Source of the DNA: Rhynchobatus australiae | Taxonomy: Eukaryota | Direction: 5' to 3' | Assembly (NCBI GenBank): GCA_034780895.1 | Contig: JAUZTB010000107.1 | Coordinates: 92,467,482 to 92,531,481 of the forward strand | DNA length: 64,000 bases | Shown: positions 48,961-62,812 of the stretch, piece by piece | Numbering within the stretch: position 1 is the stretch's first letter | Layout of the letters: every line of letters starts with the position of its first letter | The notes under the pieces: generated by a model | What the model was told of the DNA's origin: nothing | Database searches by the model: none | What the model saw: only the letters and a program-made list of their open reading frames with translations | Position numbers and translations under genes: made by a program

Positions 48961-51059
48961 CATATTCAGAAGTCTGCAACATTTTCATAATTCACCATTA
49001 GAAACCTTTTGACAATCTGTGTCAAATTACAGGAAAAACAGAACAGTGCCACCGTATATGAGTTAAAATTCAATTACTAGTTAGAGCTTCTGAGTTGCAG
49101 GGAGCTGATGTAAATCACAGATATTTATACGGCTCAATTAATGACAGAGTTGGATAAGTACGAGTTCAAACATTTGGCTGTGGGGTATAAAATGTATTGT
49201 GAGATATGATACTTCCCAGACACTGGGACCCACCAGGTGAATCACCACATTCTTTACCATTCCTGGGCATTCCTAATTTCCCATCAAATTCAGTCTCAGA
49301 ATGCCACAGCAGAACTCTTTTTCCAGAGTCAGGAGAATTACACATACAGTAAATAATTTTTATTATTAGCAGAAAACAACAGAACTTGAAGTAAATAAAA
49401 AATCCCACTATTCAGGAGGCAAACACTGAACTACATAGCCCCCTGATGTCTCTGCTTTAGTCTTTTGCCTGTGCTGGATTAGCTAACCTCAGCTGGAGCC
49501 AGGGTTCGGCTGTAGATTGCTAACAGTAGCCTCAGTTTCCCTAAGTGGGGAAGGGAAAAAGGAAGAAATCATATTTAAGATTATGCATTTGGTCTAATCC
49601 ATTCCGAGCCCACTGTCAATGTGAAAGTTTTGTCCTCGATGTTCCCTAACTTGATAATTCAATCTGACATCTCAGGAAAAGGTGTTTGCAATTTAGTGCT
49701 GATAAATTGCTACAATCTCAGATGTAGTATTGACATACTAGTCCTATTGCCACCTCCTGTCCCACTGGGAGACCTATAGACGCTAGGAAGTTTCCCAAGG
49801 TTATAGAGTAGTCAATTACTATTTTCAAGTGTGATATCACAACAAAACGTTCATTATCTCATGTGTCAGAATTAAGACCATTTTATTTTAAGACATTTAC
49901 TAATCAATGAAAGAGATAACTCTCAGTATTAATAGTTCTCTTTAAAAATAATGTAATAAAACTAACATATAAAAAAATTCCAATCTAATTCCTTGGTCGA
50001 ACTACCTCCTTTATCATTGTCTCACACAGACAATTCTATGGAGCAGCGGGTAATTTGATACCATTTGGGTAACTGTGTTGGAACACACTGATGACAGGTT
50101 CTACCATGTTACTTCAAGCAAACAAAAAATATGTGAGAAGACTGGCACAGCCATAAACACACATGTTCAATGGTTGTAAACTGCCAAAGAAACATAAACA
50201 GATAAGGGCAGGGAAGGGTGGGATTGCAGTGGAAATACTGATATTTTCAGCTGACAATGGAAATTTACCGAATGCCCTAATAGGTATTGTTTCTATAACA
50301 AAAGAGGACAGTTCAGGCCTTTGTGGTCCGGCACAGGTTTGAGGGATTTCCAGACAGGCCATTCAAAAGCCATACCATCCACTCGGAAGCTGAGGAGGTG
50401 GTAACCCCAGTTCTCCCCACTGAGCTCTCTGCTGGCTCAGAGTAAGATATTACATTATACAAGCCTTTAAGGCATTCAGTTGTGTGTGACATGGCTTTAA
50501 TAACTGTCAATGCAATGTAAAAAGAATCTAATTTAAGATGTTTTAGAGTAGGATTAATCTTGAAACCTGAGTTCCATCACGCTAACCAAAGCAGCCATTT
50601 GGTACATGGAGCTTCTTCCACTGCAGCCAGAATGAAACTAATAGCAGTGCTTAAAAGAGCTTTGTCATTGCAGGGAAGTCAGCAAGTTAGTTTTTTGTTA
50701 CTGTTTATACTGGGGCATATCAGACAGTGGTAAATGACTTTTTTATTTGAAGCAAGCACGATTTTGATGTAGCTTCCTATCAATACATTACATGTTTGCA
50801 GGCAAGGATGAAAAGCTAACTTGTTATATATCATTATTATACTCTGATTAAGTTCATTTTCCAGCGTAGAGAGTAAGAGTGAAACTTTGTATAAGAGCGA
50901 GACAAATATATTTGGATTTAAGGTTCATTTTTATATAAAATTGCAAGTTTCTATTGCACAATATTTGATCAAACTAAACATGTGTCTTGTGCAGGCACAA
51001 ATTGACCACCTGAAATAAATGATTTTGTAACTCATGATCAACTGAACAAATTATTCTGC

Positions 51060-51850
51060 CTTATAGAAGAAAGGAACAAACCATTTAGCCTGTTCAGCCA
51101 TTCATTCAGGCCATGACTGATCTGTGACCTAATTCCACATGTCTGCTTCAGCTCAGTATCCCTTATTACCTTATTACCTTTAGTTACCAAAAATCTATCA
51201 ATCTCAGATAATAAAAAAATAAGTTAGCCAGCATCAACTAGTGATTGCATAAGCTAGTTCTAAACTTCCACCACCCTCTGCCTGCAGAAATGTTTCTTAC
51301 CTCATTTCTCAAAGGCTTGAATCTAACTTTTAGTCCTGGACACCCCAACCAGCAGAAATGGAGTCTTTCTGTGTATCCTATCAATTCCTCTTAATACTTT
51401 GGAAACTTCAGTCAACTCATCCTCAAACTTTTACATTCCAGGAAATACAAGCCTAATTTGTGTAATTTAACCCTAGAAGTCTATCTGTCAAAGCGGAAAA
51501 CTTGTGCTGCATGCCCTGAAAGGCCACTGTATTTTCCGAAGGTGTGATGCTTTCAACTGCTCACAGTCTATTCAGGAATATGTACTGATGCAGAATAACA
51601 TTACCCCATTGCCCTCTCATCCTCTGGATTACAGTCAGCATTCCACAGGCCTTTTGGATTATTTTCTATATCTGTTTGTGACACCTTAATAATTTTTAGT
51701 GCATGGAACCCCAAGTCTCCTTGGCCACAGTTGTTCCTGGTTCTTCACCATTTAGAAAACACCTGGTTTCAGTTCTTTCATTCTAAAGTGGATGACCTCA
51801 CCTTTGTCCACAGTGAAATTTACTTGTTATAGTTCAGTGCCTTAATGTAT
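51060..51850 (-). mobile_element. Decayed CR1 LINE
   Basis: ccatttagcctg tail, aaatctatcaatctcag, ccaccaccctctg...gaaatgtttctt, aagtggatgacctcac. Confidence 0.7.
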
Positions 51851-52529
51851 TTTACGACCTTGTCGTCAAGTGTGACCTTGAGATGTACTTTTCACCATAC
51901 ACTCTCTGTTTCCATTGCTGGAATATATCCGTGCCCTGCTTTCCTCTAGGCATGACTTTTCTAAACACACTGGTGGCCTCCTCTTTTCTCGTCTCTGTAA
52001 GGTGCCATCTTCTGTATCTCTGCTTTCCTTCTCCTATGTCGCATCCATTCCTCCACCTCATCATCCTGGGAAATGCCTCGGGACATCAAAGCATCCATGT
52101 AAGTATTGTTACACTGAGCAATGTAGAACCAGACGGGAGGTAAGTACCCTTAAATCAAGACCTTGTCATGATCTGGGGTGCATTGCCTTCAAGGATGATG
52201 AAAACAGACTCATTTTTTCACTCTCTGAAGAGAACTGGATTATGTACATCCAAAGGAATATTCTGCAGAGTTACTGGGAAAGAGTAGGACCTGGGACTAA
52301 CTGTAATGCTCTTTCAAGGAATGAATACAGGCACAATCAGCTGAATGGTATCCTTCCACACTCTAGCATCCAGGATAACATAAAACTCAGCTTCACACAC
52401 ATACATCTGATTCAGATCATTTTTTAAAATGTACTCCAAGAATTTGTACCTGTGATCTATTGTGACATTTTAGAACAAAAATCAGACACTGTCACATTGC
52501 TAAGTAAAATTTTATTTCAGGAGGTAGAG

Positions 52530-52745
52530 AAATCTCTTAAGGGGATGTAAAAAAGCTCTGTGGCACTAGTCAAATAAGAGCAGGGGTTAACTCCTGATGC
52601 TGGATGATTTGTATCCTTCAAATTACATTGCAGAAACTGGACATTAATTTCCTTGCTGTTTGTGCAGCCTTGTGTGATTATACTTCAACAACAATTCTTC
52701 CCCATCTTTCACTTTGGGGTGTGACAGGGGCTATGCAATACAATT
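52530..52745 (+). mobile_element. Deu-domain SINE remnant
   Basis: ggatgtaaaaaagctctgtggcacta...aagagcagggg...ttgctgtttgtg. Confidence 0.5.
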
Positions 52746-55700
52746 GTTTATGTTTTGTCTGATTTCTAACTACCTTAATAAGAACCAAAATAACTGATAT
52801 GACACATCACATGTAGAGGAAAATAGATCCTTCTGAGATTGAAGCAGGACACCTTAGTCAAATAGAGTGGCAGGAGTTTCATCTTATTTGGAATTATGCT
52901 GCGTTTATCCAGGGAAACCTTTAGGATGTCATCTGGTCCCTGAAGTGGAAGCTCTTCCTTTCCCGGGTTCTAGCTCCAGCATGAAGAGTTCAAAAGAATC
53001 CACACAAAAGAAATCTTTCCTTTGCTTTTTCCATCAGTCAATCCTGTCAGTTTTGTTTTAAGGAAACACTCCTGCTGGGGTGGTGAATTATCCTCGATTT
53101 GTCTCATAAAGAACAAACATTTCAGTACACAGGCTAACCAGCTGCACACAGGTATAATGGACTGGGAAAGAATTGATTGTTAAACTCCGTGGATTGGAAA
53201 CTTTCTTGGACTGGAAGAAATTTTATCAAAGGCAATTTAAATTTTAACAAGCTGGTTTGTGAGATAAATTGCACCATACTTTGCTTGCACGTATCTGGTG
53301 ATTTTTCTTTAAAAACCCATAATTTAGAATTTTAAATATATTGTTTGTAATCTCAATCTTGAATGACAACAGATTTCAAATCAATCCTTCCCATTTAAAT
53401 TTAAGAGCAGTCTTCTAGTTCTCACTACTCTTTGGTTTGAGGTGATCTGCTCCAAATGCTCAGAAGCCTCAGGTTCCCAAATGGTGCAGATTACAGGCAA
53501 GCAAATGTGAGTGCTCATCTCTACACAAAACAAGATAGCTCAATCTACTCACAAGGCTGAGCGATATCCAGTCAGCACATGCGGTGTCTGCACAGCAGAA
53601 CTGCAGAGGGCCCTTTAGAAGCAGGTGCTGCTGATTAGGGGCTTATTTGAACAGGCAGCTACACTGCTCTGCAACACTCTGATGTGAAACCAGTCTGGGC
53701 CGCTTCCTTACTCCCGCTAATTCACCTCTTGCCCTATATCTGCATTTGCGGGCCCAAGTTTCACTCACTTTAAACAACATCACTCAGGAGTTGTCAAACA
53801 ACCCCCGTGTTTGTGGATTCCCCCCCCAGTTCCATGCTTTTAAGCTTGCTCCTCAGAAAACCTTATTTCTTATTTTAAGTCCATTTCTGAATTAGGGCTG
53901 GCTCCCTTCCTTCCTTTCGAAAGCCTTCTGTTCTACACTCTTGCACAGGGCTCCACTTAGCAGGGTGCATATTTGCCACAGTAAAGTGTATTCCAGGATT
54001 CCGGCACTTATCACACGCTGTAAATCAAGTGAAGGAGAATATGTGGGGTGGGGCCATAGCTGCGGGCACACAGAAAGGTAGAACACGAGAGAGAAAGCAA
54101 CTCCAAGAGGGGAAAGCAAAGCAGGAAGACGGAGGAGAGGAATAAAGGAATGTGGGGAGGAAGAATGCAGCTGAAGATCTGGAGAAAAGCAGGAAGAAAG
54201 GCAAACCTGAAATAGGAGAGTCAGAAAAAAGGAGGGGGTGAGGACTTGGTGTTAGAAGAAGCACGGATGTGAGATAAGCAGGAATCGTTTGAAACTGAAC
54301 AAAAGGAAAATTACAGTTCAATAGCTGTCCAAAATGGGTGTGAAACTGAGTGGAGACCGTTTGGACCATTGAACTTGTTATTGGTATAGGACCTCCATTA
54401 AAGGTTTCTGGTGGACTGCTGTTGCTAACTGGTAGCTTCTAGTCTAAACAATGTGCAAAACCACTCACATCCTGTGATGAGCTGACAGGCCAGTTTGGAG
54501 GATAGGAGGCAGGCAATCAATGGAGTCCTCAACAAAAGAGCCTAAAGGTCTGTGGCATTCTCGCTTCTCTTAGGCAGATAAAAATAAAGTATAAATAGTT
54601 CTATGACTGTTTGTAAGCTGCCTCCCCTGAGTTCTTTATTGCCTATTATAATCTGTTCATTTCCTATGTCAAAGAAGTTGGACATGCAGGTTCCATGCTC
54701 CATCTGTTCAGAGCTGAATTTTGTGGGTTGGTTTCTTATAATAAATGGGGGAACTAAGTTTTTGTACTTCAGCAACCTTACCTCCGGTTCAGGTGAGGGG
54801 GAGAGCACTCAATCACCCATTTCTGCCTGGCCATTCCATTCTTAACATTGCATGGCTGTGTGATGAATTTCCCTTCTCTGTATTTTTGATTTCTTGTGAA
54901 TGTCATGTGCTAAGCCCTAGAACTGCATCTTCACTAAAATGTTCATACTGTTTAAGCACCACTGATTGTTGAGTTCATTAGAGGATATTGTGCAAACGTA
55001 GTTTGTTGGTGTTGGTGCTATCTGTAGCCAGGCAATGTCCCTGCTTAAAGCATTCTTTACTGACAAGAAATCCACATGTTGGTTTAAGCCTGAACATTCA
55101 ACTTTATCCTCACTTCACAGCTTAGCCTTTCNNNNNNNNNNNNNNNNNNNNNNNNNNNNNNNNNNNNNNNNNNNNNNNNNNNNNNNNNNNNNNNNNNNNN
55201 NNNNNNNNNNNNNNNNNNNNNNNNNNNNNNNTCCTTAAAGGGATGAATCTGCAAGTAATTTCACCATTCACATCAGATTGTTTATAGAGAGTGAAGCCTC
55301 TCAAACTTCATGCCTCAAGAGTGTGTACATAAAATGGACAGTCTGATAGAGCAGAGTGTATTAGATTTCGAATTGTTTGACAGGACTCCTCTGCCTCTTT
55401 CAGTCAGACAGGAAGCAGTCAATTTATTAATGCATAGGTTAAGACCTAGCTGATGTTACTGCCCATACTCTTAAGAGCTGAAGTATACGATAGGTAAAAA
55501 TGCATATAAACGAATTGGCTAACTTGGGCATTTGTGTAACTTTACTATTCATAACAAATCTTGAGTTGAGACAGTAAGTACGAAATAAAATAAATCAAGG
55601 ATAAGAACACGCAGAGTGCTCTGTTAAATAAGGGAGAATTCATCAACTAAGTGGTGGAATTCACTGAGTGCAACAATCACATCTTAGGCTCAATTGTGTT

Positions 55701-56429
55701 CTATGAGTTGCAAACTTTTTAATTCTTAAGTACTCATTTACACTGTTAGGAGTACGTCACATCAACATGTGGATTGTAATGCTCATGGGAGAGCCATCTC
55801 TGAATGTGCCAGTTTTGGCATTAATTACTTGAGAATTATGCATTAATAACTGCAACATTCTTACTGTATCAGATGTTCTAAAGGAATTATATTGNNNNNN
55901 NNNNNNNNNNNNNNNNNNNNNNNAGTATATTTCTATACTGTATTTCATTATCAGTCACTATAATAAAGGTACAATCCTAGAGTTCTAGGAGTTAGACTCA
56001 GAGACAGTGAAGGGACAGTGGTGTATTTTCAAGTTTAGATGGTGTGTCTTGGAATATCTGTTTACTGATTGACCTATGGCCATAGATAACTTCAGGATGA
56101 TAGCTGTGGTAAAAATCTCTTCAAATAATTCCTTTTCATCATGATCATTTTGATTAAAACAATAGAAAAAAATGAATATAATATGCAGATAGTGACAACA
56201 AGAGTGGAGATGATTGGGTAATCCCACTGGAAATCAAGCTCGGCATCCACATTACTGGAAGTGACTGAGAATGATTTCATGCACATAACTTAGGCTCCAC
56301 TCACTGCATTTTTCCCTTGCTTTTATTGGGAGAAGGTGTTGTAGTTACTATTTCCTCCGCTTTTTAAAAAAGTAAACATTGAATCAGAACACACAGATTC
56401 TGGCCTATTCCTTGCAGTTGCCATTCAGG

Positions 56430-56525
56430 GTCATAGAGTCATACAGCAATGGAAACAGGCCCTTCAGCCCACTCTGTCCATGCTGACCACCAAGTACCCA
56501 TCGATACGAATCCCTTTACAAGCAT
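56430..56525 (-). mobile_element. CR1/HE1-type 3' tail
   Basis: gtcatagagtcatacagcaatggaaacaggcccttcagccc. Confidence 0.7.
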
Positions 56526-57927
56526 GTTTTCTAAAGCTTTGAAACCCCATCCATGACCAGAATGACTGTGGCTGCACTAGATGGCTCAACCATGGCTTGC
56601 ACAAGGCTAATATATGTCAGATATGAAGTCTATCTGGTCCCTCAGCTCAGCAAGTTATGGGATACATCTAGACCAATGGCGAGTCCAGGGGCAGAACAAA
56701 AGGTAAGACCAAGTGTATCTGACCTCCAGTGTGCTCCTGACTTCTGCATTGCTCTAAAGTCCATTTTGTGGCATCGGTGCTTTCTAACCCTTTGTTTCCA
56801 AGTCCATTGGCTTTGTCCGTTTCATAAAAGATTGGTTGCAGTAAGGCATATGTTCTGCTCCACCGCATTGGCTGACAGTGTGTTGTCAATAAACATGACA
56901 GTATGAAATTCAAATCATCGAGTCTGTCCATAACTTGCCACAGAGGTTCATGATCAGGGGTCTTCTGTTTGCAGTTTGACAGAAGGTTGAACTATTTTAG
57001 CTGAAGGTGCAGGTCAATAATGGAGCTTCAGCACAGGGTATGGAGCCATGATTGCCCACATCTCTATTTCCTGATTTTTTGCCAGGCACCATTCAGAGAA
57101 ATGCTGAATAGAACTAGGATGGTTCCTCCTCTACAGGGGGTGAGGGGGATTCAAGTTACCAGGCGACAAGACACGGTTAACAAGCTAACAATGGGTTTGC
57201 AGAGAGATCTGTGAGCATGGTGAGGTGCCTGTGTGTGGTGCAAGGGGAGAGGCAACATAAAAAGAGGAGGAAATGAAAATTGGAAGAGAAAGTATGTCCT
57301 GCCAGCTTCTAAGTATACAGAAAAGTAACAGGCCTGTCACGGGCTGAGCACAGCCAGGTGTGAGCACATCTTACAGAGAAACTCAATGACAGGTCTTCAA
57401 ATCAACTTTCTGTGATCTCAGGGCACATAACCACTCTTATCTTGGTCTGCACATCCTCAATTATAAGAAAAAAAACAGTGAAATACTTTTAGTGATAATA
57501 TTATAATCAATATCCCAACTTTGTGGCAAATATCTGATAAGGGATGTAGGAAATGTCAAACAGAATTTACTCATTCTAGGATTGCAGACTAGATCTTACT
57601 AAGTAGAACAAAGGGTTTGGTAAACATCTTGGATATATTTACCTAAGTGTATAATTTGTGCCTGTGTATATCACCACTTTCATCAGCACTTATGCTATGT
57701 GGTCCTGCTAAACTGTATACATTACATTGTATATTCCTCTTAAGTGTATGAACTTTGCCTTCACAATGTATTAAGCTTTGGTTATTGCAGAATATAGATC
57801 ATCAGTAATGCACTGTCATTCAAACTCATTCCATCCCTTTGCAGGCTAAGAAACACTCTGAACAATGACCCATACTCCCAAAGTAGTTTTCTTTTTAGTG
57901 TAACAGCTTTTAGTTGACTGTACTTTG

Positions 57928-58109
57928 CAGGTCCTCCCCAGCTTACGAACGCCTGACTTTTGTACAGCCCATACACACAATGAGTGTTTGGGAGACTGGC
58001 AGGAGGGATTTGCTGGTTGCTGGAGGGCTTCGGGCATCTTTTGCCATGCTGGAACTTGGTTCACAGAACTTGTGAACGGTTCAGGGTTACATAACCTGAA
58101 GAGGACCTG
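57928..58109. mobile_element. Tc1/mariner-pogo (Tigger-like) MITE
   Basis: Imperfect ~20-bp TIRs caggtcctccccagcttacg / cataacctgaagaggacctg; TA follows the right end, TG precedes the left end. Confidence 0.65.
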
Positions 58110-59719
58110 TACTGATACAAAGTTCAGAATGCAGAAACCTTAAGTAATAAAAAAAATTCTGGGAATAAATGTTTAAAATTCAATTGCATCTGAAGAGCTG
58201 CAATTTGTTACAAATGTATTTATTTATCTGTGTGAAAGTTCCACCCTGGAATACTCCTTTTCATCAAATTTAATGTGTACATTTGGTTGCTAATGTTCTC
58301 AAAGCTGATCAATGTAAGATGCATAATAGTGGTGTTGGTTGACGTGCCATGTGACTTTCCTCCCTTTGCGCACTGGTTTCCTTCTCCCATTCAAACAGAC
58401 ACTGAGAGCTCTGTGTTTGATCAGGGTAGAATCCTAAGCAAGAATCTACATCTCAACACTCCACACTTCAATTTGTTTCTCGATGGACTTATTAGACAGC
58501 TAGGTCTACAGTATAATCCCCTGTTAAGAATATATTAATTTGACGACAGGTATTAATGCTTTGTTTATGCATACACTTAAGAGGTTATCAATGAAGAGTA
58601 ATACCCTATACAGGCATCGTGTCTGTGTTGTTATACGCTTTCAAGCTCTTGATGGTACTTTTTTTTTGCTGACCCTTAAGGTGGTTGGAGGCAAAGTTAA
58701 AGAGAAGCATTTCAGCCTGAGGGATGATTGAATAGAAAGAAAATGGGGGAGGGGGGCATAGTCTTCCTGATAGACCAATTTCCCAGTGCTACATCGGCAG
58801 TAGGATTGATTGATGAATCCCTGCTCTGTCGTGAGCTGCCCCTTCAGAGCTGATCACATAAATACTCATTCAGCTCAAATTTTGCTTCACAAGACTCAGA
58901 CAGCTTTGTTCTGTCACAGATATCATTGGAGAGAAAATGCTCCATTACTCACCCTTAATTAACTTTACCAGGCTCTGCTGGAACCAATATGGGCCCAGAC
59001 TAAATCCCTGGATTTAACTAGGATTCCCTGCCTGGAAAAAAACATGCAGCACTTTAGTGGGCTTTCTTACTTCCTGCTCACCCAATTGTCTTAAATCGGA
59101 TTTATCTTCACATTTTCTACTTTTCTGACAGAAGCAAATCAGAAGGGCTACTACTGTTGACTTGGTATAAAATAAAAGTCAACATACTTCATGTATGTTT
59201 CTATGTTACCAGATTACAAACTAATAGGGGTGAGCTGTAGACAGCTATTAATGGAGTGCATTTATTTGAACCATGAAAACGAGGAAGTCCTTTTTTTTCT
59301 TTCAGTTTTTATGCATGCAGATACTGATTCACATTAAGTCCTTTCAGATTGTCTGATGCAACACCTAAACTGAAGCAGAGGAATAGTTTTCAATATTTTC
59401 TAATGAGCAATATTATTACTGATTATGATCTAGAAGCATTTCAGTCCAATTGATATGGATGTTATTCCAAAATCAAAGTTCTTTACATTTACATTTTCTT
59501 TTATTAGTTCACTTTTATCGTACATCGGTCACTTTTTTAGGACTATTTTTTTACAAAAGTGATTAGAAAATCTTAATCAGGTACTTGAATTTGCACTGAC
59601 TTATGGGAGATCGCATTTNNNNNNNNNNNNNNNNNNNNNNNNNNNNNNNNNNNNNNNNNNNNNNNNNNNNNNNNNNNNNNNNNNNNNNNNNNNNNNNNNN
59701 NNNNNNNNNNNNNNNNNNC

Positions 59720-59762
59720 GTGTGAGTGTGTGTGTGTGTGTGTGTCTCTCTCTCTCTCTCTC
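59720..59762. repeat. Compound (TG)n(TC)n microsatellite
   Basis: Directly visible at a gap edge. Confidence 0.9.
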
Positions 59763-61404
59763 TTCCCTTCTCCTCACCTCCCTCTCCCCCGCCCCCCACC
59801 GGCTCCACTAAAGCCATGCTGAGACACCGCATATTTTTACTGAAAGAATAAATTTTACATTTTAAGGAAAACACTCATTGAAAGGACACACAAATTTCAA
59901 TCAGAATATAGTTAAAGGCCATTTCTCCTGAGGTTGAACTGCTACCCTGAGGCCAATCAAATCAGTGAACTCTTTGCTTTGCCGTGATTGTAGAGCACTA
60001 CACACCACAAGTTCTGCTCAAAAGTAAGATTTTTTTTTATTTTTATTTCTTTTGATGAAGGATGAGGGCAAAGGGACTTCACAACAAGTTGCCCTTGAAT
60101 CGCTTGATGTGATAGCCTTGTTAGAATTACACTTTGTGGAGAGAGAGCAGAGTGAAAAAGGGCTCACTTAGGCATCAGCCCACTCTACAGCAGACGTTTG
60201 TTATTTTTTTCCCTGGTAGAAGTCTCTCTTTGTTATGTTTTACACAGGCCTTGGACTCTGGCCTGCTTAATCAACACTACTGTTGACTGCTGAGCTGGTA
60301 AGATGGAAATAGAAGTGACCACTTCAAGCTGTTCACCATTAGGAGACAGCTGGTCCATTTCAGAGACTCTGGCACATTGACATCTTAACAAATCCTTCCT
60401 GTAAATCCTGCGATATGGGATTCATTAAGATGCTGCTTAGGGTTATCTGGGAAAGGTGTAATAAGCTTTCAGGCCAGCGACAAATATTCTTAACCCTATA
60501 AATGCCAAATTCTTCTGCAGCAAACAACCACCATTGCCACAGATCAGAATATTGGCTGTGAAAAACTATTTTAAAATTCAGAACCATTTCCAGATAAAGA
60601 AAATATTAGGTATCCCAAGAAAAGATGTGTTATGTCAGCCGTTGACCACATTATAGTGTAACTTAAGAGAAACAGTTCACGGAAAATCTAAAGATATGTT
60701 TGACCCTGGCATCACATTTCATTTGTGCAAAGCTGTTTCCAACTACCTAAATCTCTTGGATTAAATAGATAATCTAATTTTGACGAGATTAATTATATTG
60801 GAATTAAAAAAAAGTAACTGAGTTAAGCCATTTTCATGGTCACATACATATGGGCTCCATATTAACCAATGTCAGCTTGCACCCAGGGCAACTGAACTCC
60901 AGTCAGGATGTAACATTGGATTTACTGATTCAAAGAGTCAATCAAACTTCAGCTTCAGGTTAGCTTGCAAAATGAATGCATTATGCTAGTGCATTCTTCT
61001 ATTCCTGTTCCTAACTTATCCAAAGTTCAAAAACAATTCTTGCAACAATGAGAGAGGAATGTCCCTTGGTAAATGCTCCAGCAATAATGTCATCAATTAT
61101 TGATTCACTTTCACAAGGACTCACTAGATCAAGCATGATTGACATCTGATATTGATTAAATATAAGCCGTCACGTCTGCCAAGTGGTTATTCTCTGTCCC
61201 CATTTGAAGTAGTATGGTGACTTTATGGCCCATGTTTTAGGTTAAGGCTATTAGCCCTCAGCAATAATAAGGAGTAAATTAGACATCACTTTTAAATGTC
61301 CTCACATGAAGTTAAACATGGAAACCACTAAGTCATTCTCCAAGTTGACCTGATCTATACAGGTTTTGATACACTGGTGTCTCACTGAGATTTGTGGCAT
61401 TCAG

Positions 61405-62145
61405 GCAATTGCAACACTTGAGAATCTCAGACAGGAAAAAAGTAGCCTGCGTGATTAGCAACCCATCCACCACCTGGAATGTTCATTCCCTCCACCAGCA
61501 GTGGCTGCAATGTTTACCGTTGATTAAATGCACTGCACTTACTCTCAAAATGCACTGCAGGCGTGGTAGTGTAGCGGTTAGCATAACGCTATTACAGTGC
61601 CAGCAACCTGCGTTCAATTCCAGCCACTGTCTGTAATACATTTGTACATTATTTGTATTTGTACGTAATTTGTACATAGTTATTTGTACATAACCTGAGT
61701 CTGCGTGGGTTTCCTCGGGGTGCTCCAGTTTCCTCCCACATTCCAAAGACCTGCAGGTTAGGAAGTTGTGGGCATGTTGGTGCCAGAAGCGTGGCGACAC
61801 TTGTTAGCTGCCCCCAGAACACCCTATGCAAAAGATGCATTTCACTGTGTGTTTCGATGTACATGTGAATAATAAAGATAGCCTATCTATCCTAGGCTAC
61901 CCCATTAGCACCTTCTAAATTCACAACATCTAACACCAATATGGACCAGGGGAGCAAGGACGTGGGAACACCATTACCACACCCTCCAAATAATGGACCA
62001 TCCTGACTTAGAAATAAATCCTGTAACTCCCTACCCAATCAACAGTTCAAGAAGCTGTTTCACCACCACCTTCTCATGAATAATTTGGGATGGACAACAA
62101 ACATTGGCTTTTCCCAGAAAGCCCACATCCTGAAAAATAAATAAA
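61405..62145 (+). mobile_element. Old CR1/L2-group LINE 3' end interrupted by a SINE
   Basis: ccatccaccacc...cattccctccacca...atgcactgca, then the SINE, then gggaacaccatt...catcctgactt...caccaccaccttctca...gcccacatcc and an A-rich tail. Confidence 0.7.
61560..61891 (+). mobile_element. tRNA-derived V-SINE-like element with Rex1-like tail and internal tandem expansion
   Basis: A-box-like tagtgtagcgg; B-box-like gttcaattc; body gggtttcctcggggtgctccagtttcctcccacattccaaagac; tail tttcactgtgtgtttcgatgtacatgtgaataataaag. Confidence 0.88.
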
Positions 62146-62155
62146 GGACAACAGA

Positions 62156-62320
62156 GTGGCGCAGCTACTAGATCTGCTGCCTCACAGCTCAAAGGACCCT
62201 GATTCAACCCTCATCTTAGGTGCTGTCTGTGTGGAGTTTGCACGTTCTCTCTGTGACAGCGTGTGTTTCCTCCCACATCCCAAATATGTGGGGATTGGTA
62301 GGTTACTGGACACACATTGG
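62156..62320 (+). mobile_element. HE1/V-SINE-like 5' part
   Basis: gctgcctcacagc...gtgctgtctgtgtggagtttgcacgttctc...cctcccacatccc. Confidence 0.8.
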
Positions 62321-62689
62321 CCCAGCTAGTGGACTTGCTGCCCTTCAGTGCCAGAGATCAGTGTTTATTCATGAACTTGGGTGTTGCCTGTATGNNNNNN
62401 NNNNNNNNNNNNNNNNNNNNNNNNNNNNNNNNNNNNNNNNNNNNNNNNNNNNNNNNNNNNNNNNNNNNNNNNNNNNNNNNNNNNNNNNNNNNNNCAAGGG
62501 AGGGGAGGGTGAAGGTGGAGTCATCTGCTGGAGGGTGATAAACAGCAACACAAAGGCTACCAGTGCTAGACTCTCATAATCATTTCCACCCATTTATAGC
62601 TCTGGTCAGGAACTGATAGATCCTTGAATGAATTCTCCCACTTTTTTTTTAACCTAAACTAATCACTCAGTGTCGTATGCAAAGCAAAA

Positions 62690-62812
62690 AGAAAAACTGC
62701 AGTTGCTGGAAATTTAAAATAACATCAGAAAATGCTAGAAATACCCAATTGGTCAGTCACATCAGTGGGAAGAGAAATGGAGCTAACGTTTCAGGTCAAA
62801 GACCCTTCGTCA
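62690..62812 (-). mobile_element. Penelope-like terminal repeat fragment
   Basis: aactgcagttgctggaaat...cagaaaatgctagaaatac...gctaacgtttcaggtcaaagacccttcgtcag. Confidence 0.6.

Noticed and set aside
51915-52427. 170-aa plus ORF
   Set aside because: Non-ATG start, low-complexity pyrimidine DNA and overlap with a CR1 tail remnant.
61560-61630. tRNA gene (also 63013-63080 and 63619-63680)
   Set aside because: The A/B-box heads run into SINE bodies, with no intact cloverleaf or terminator.
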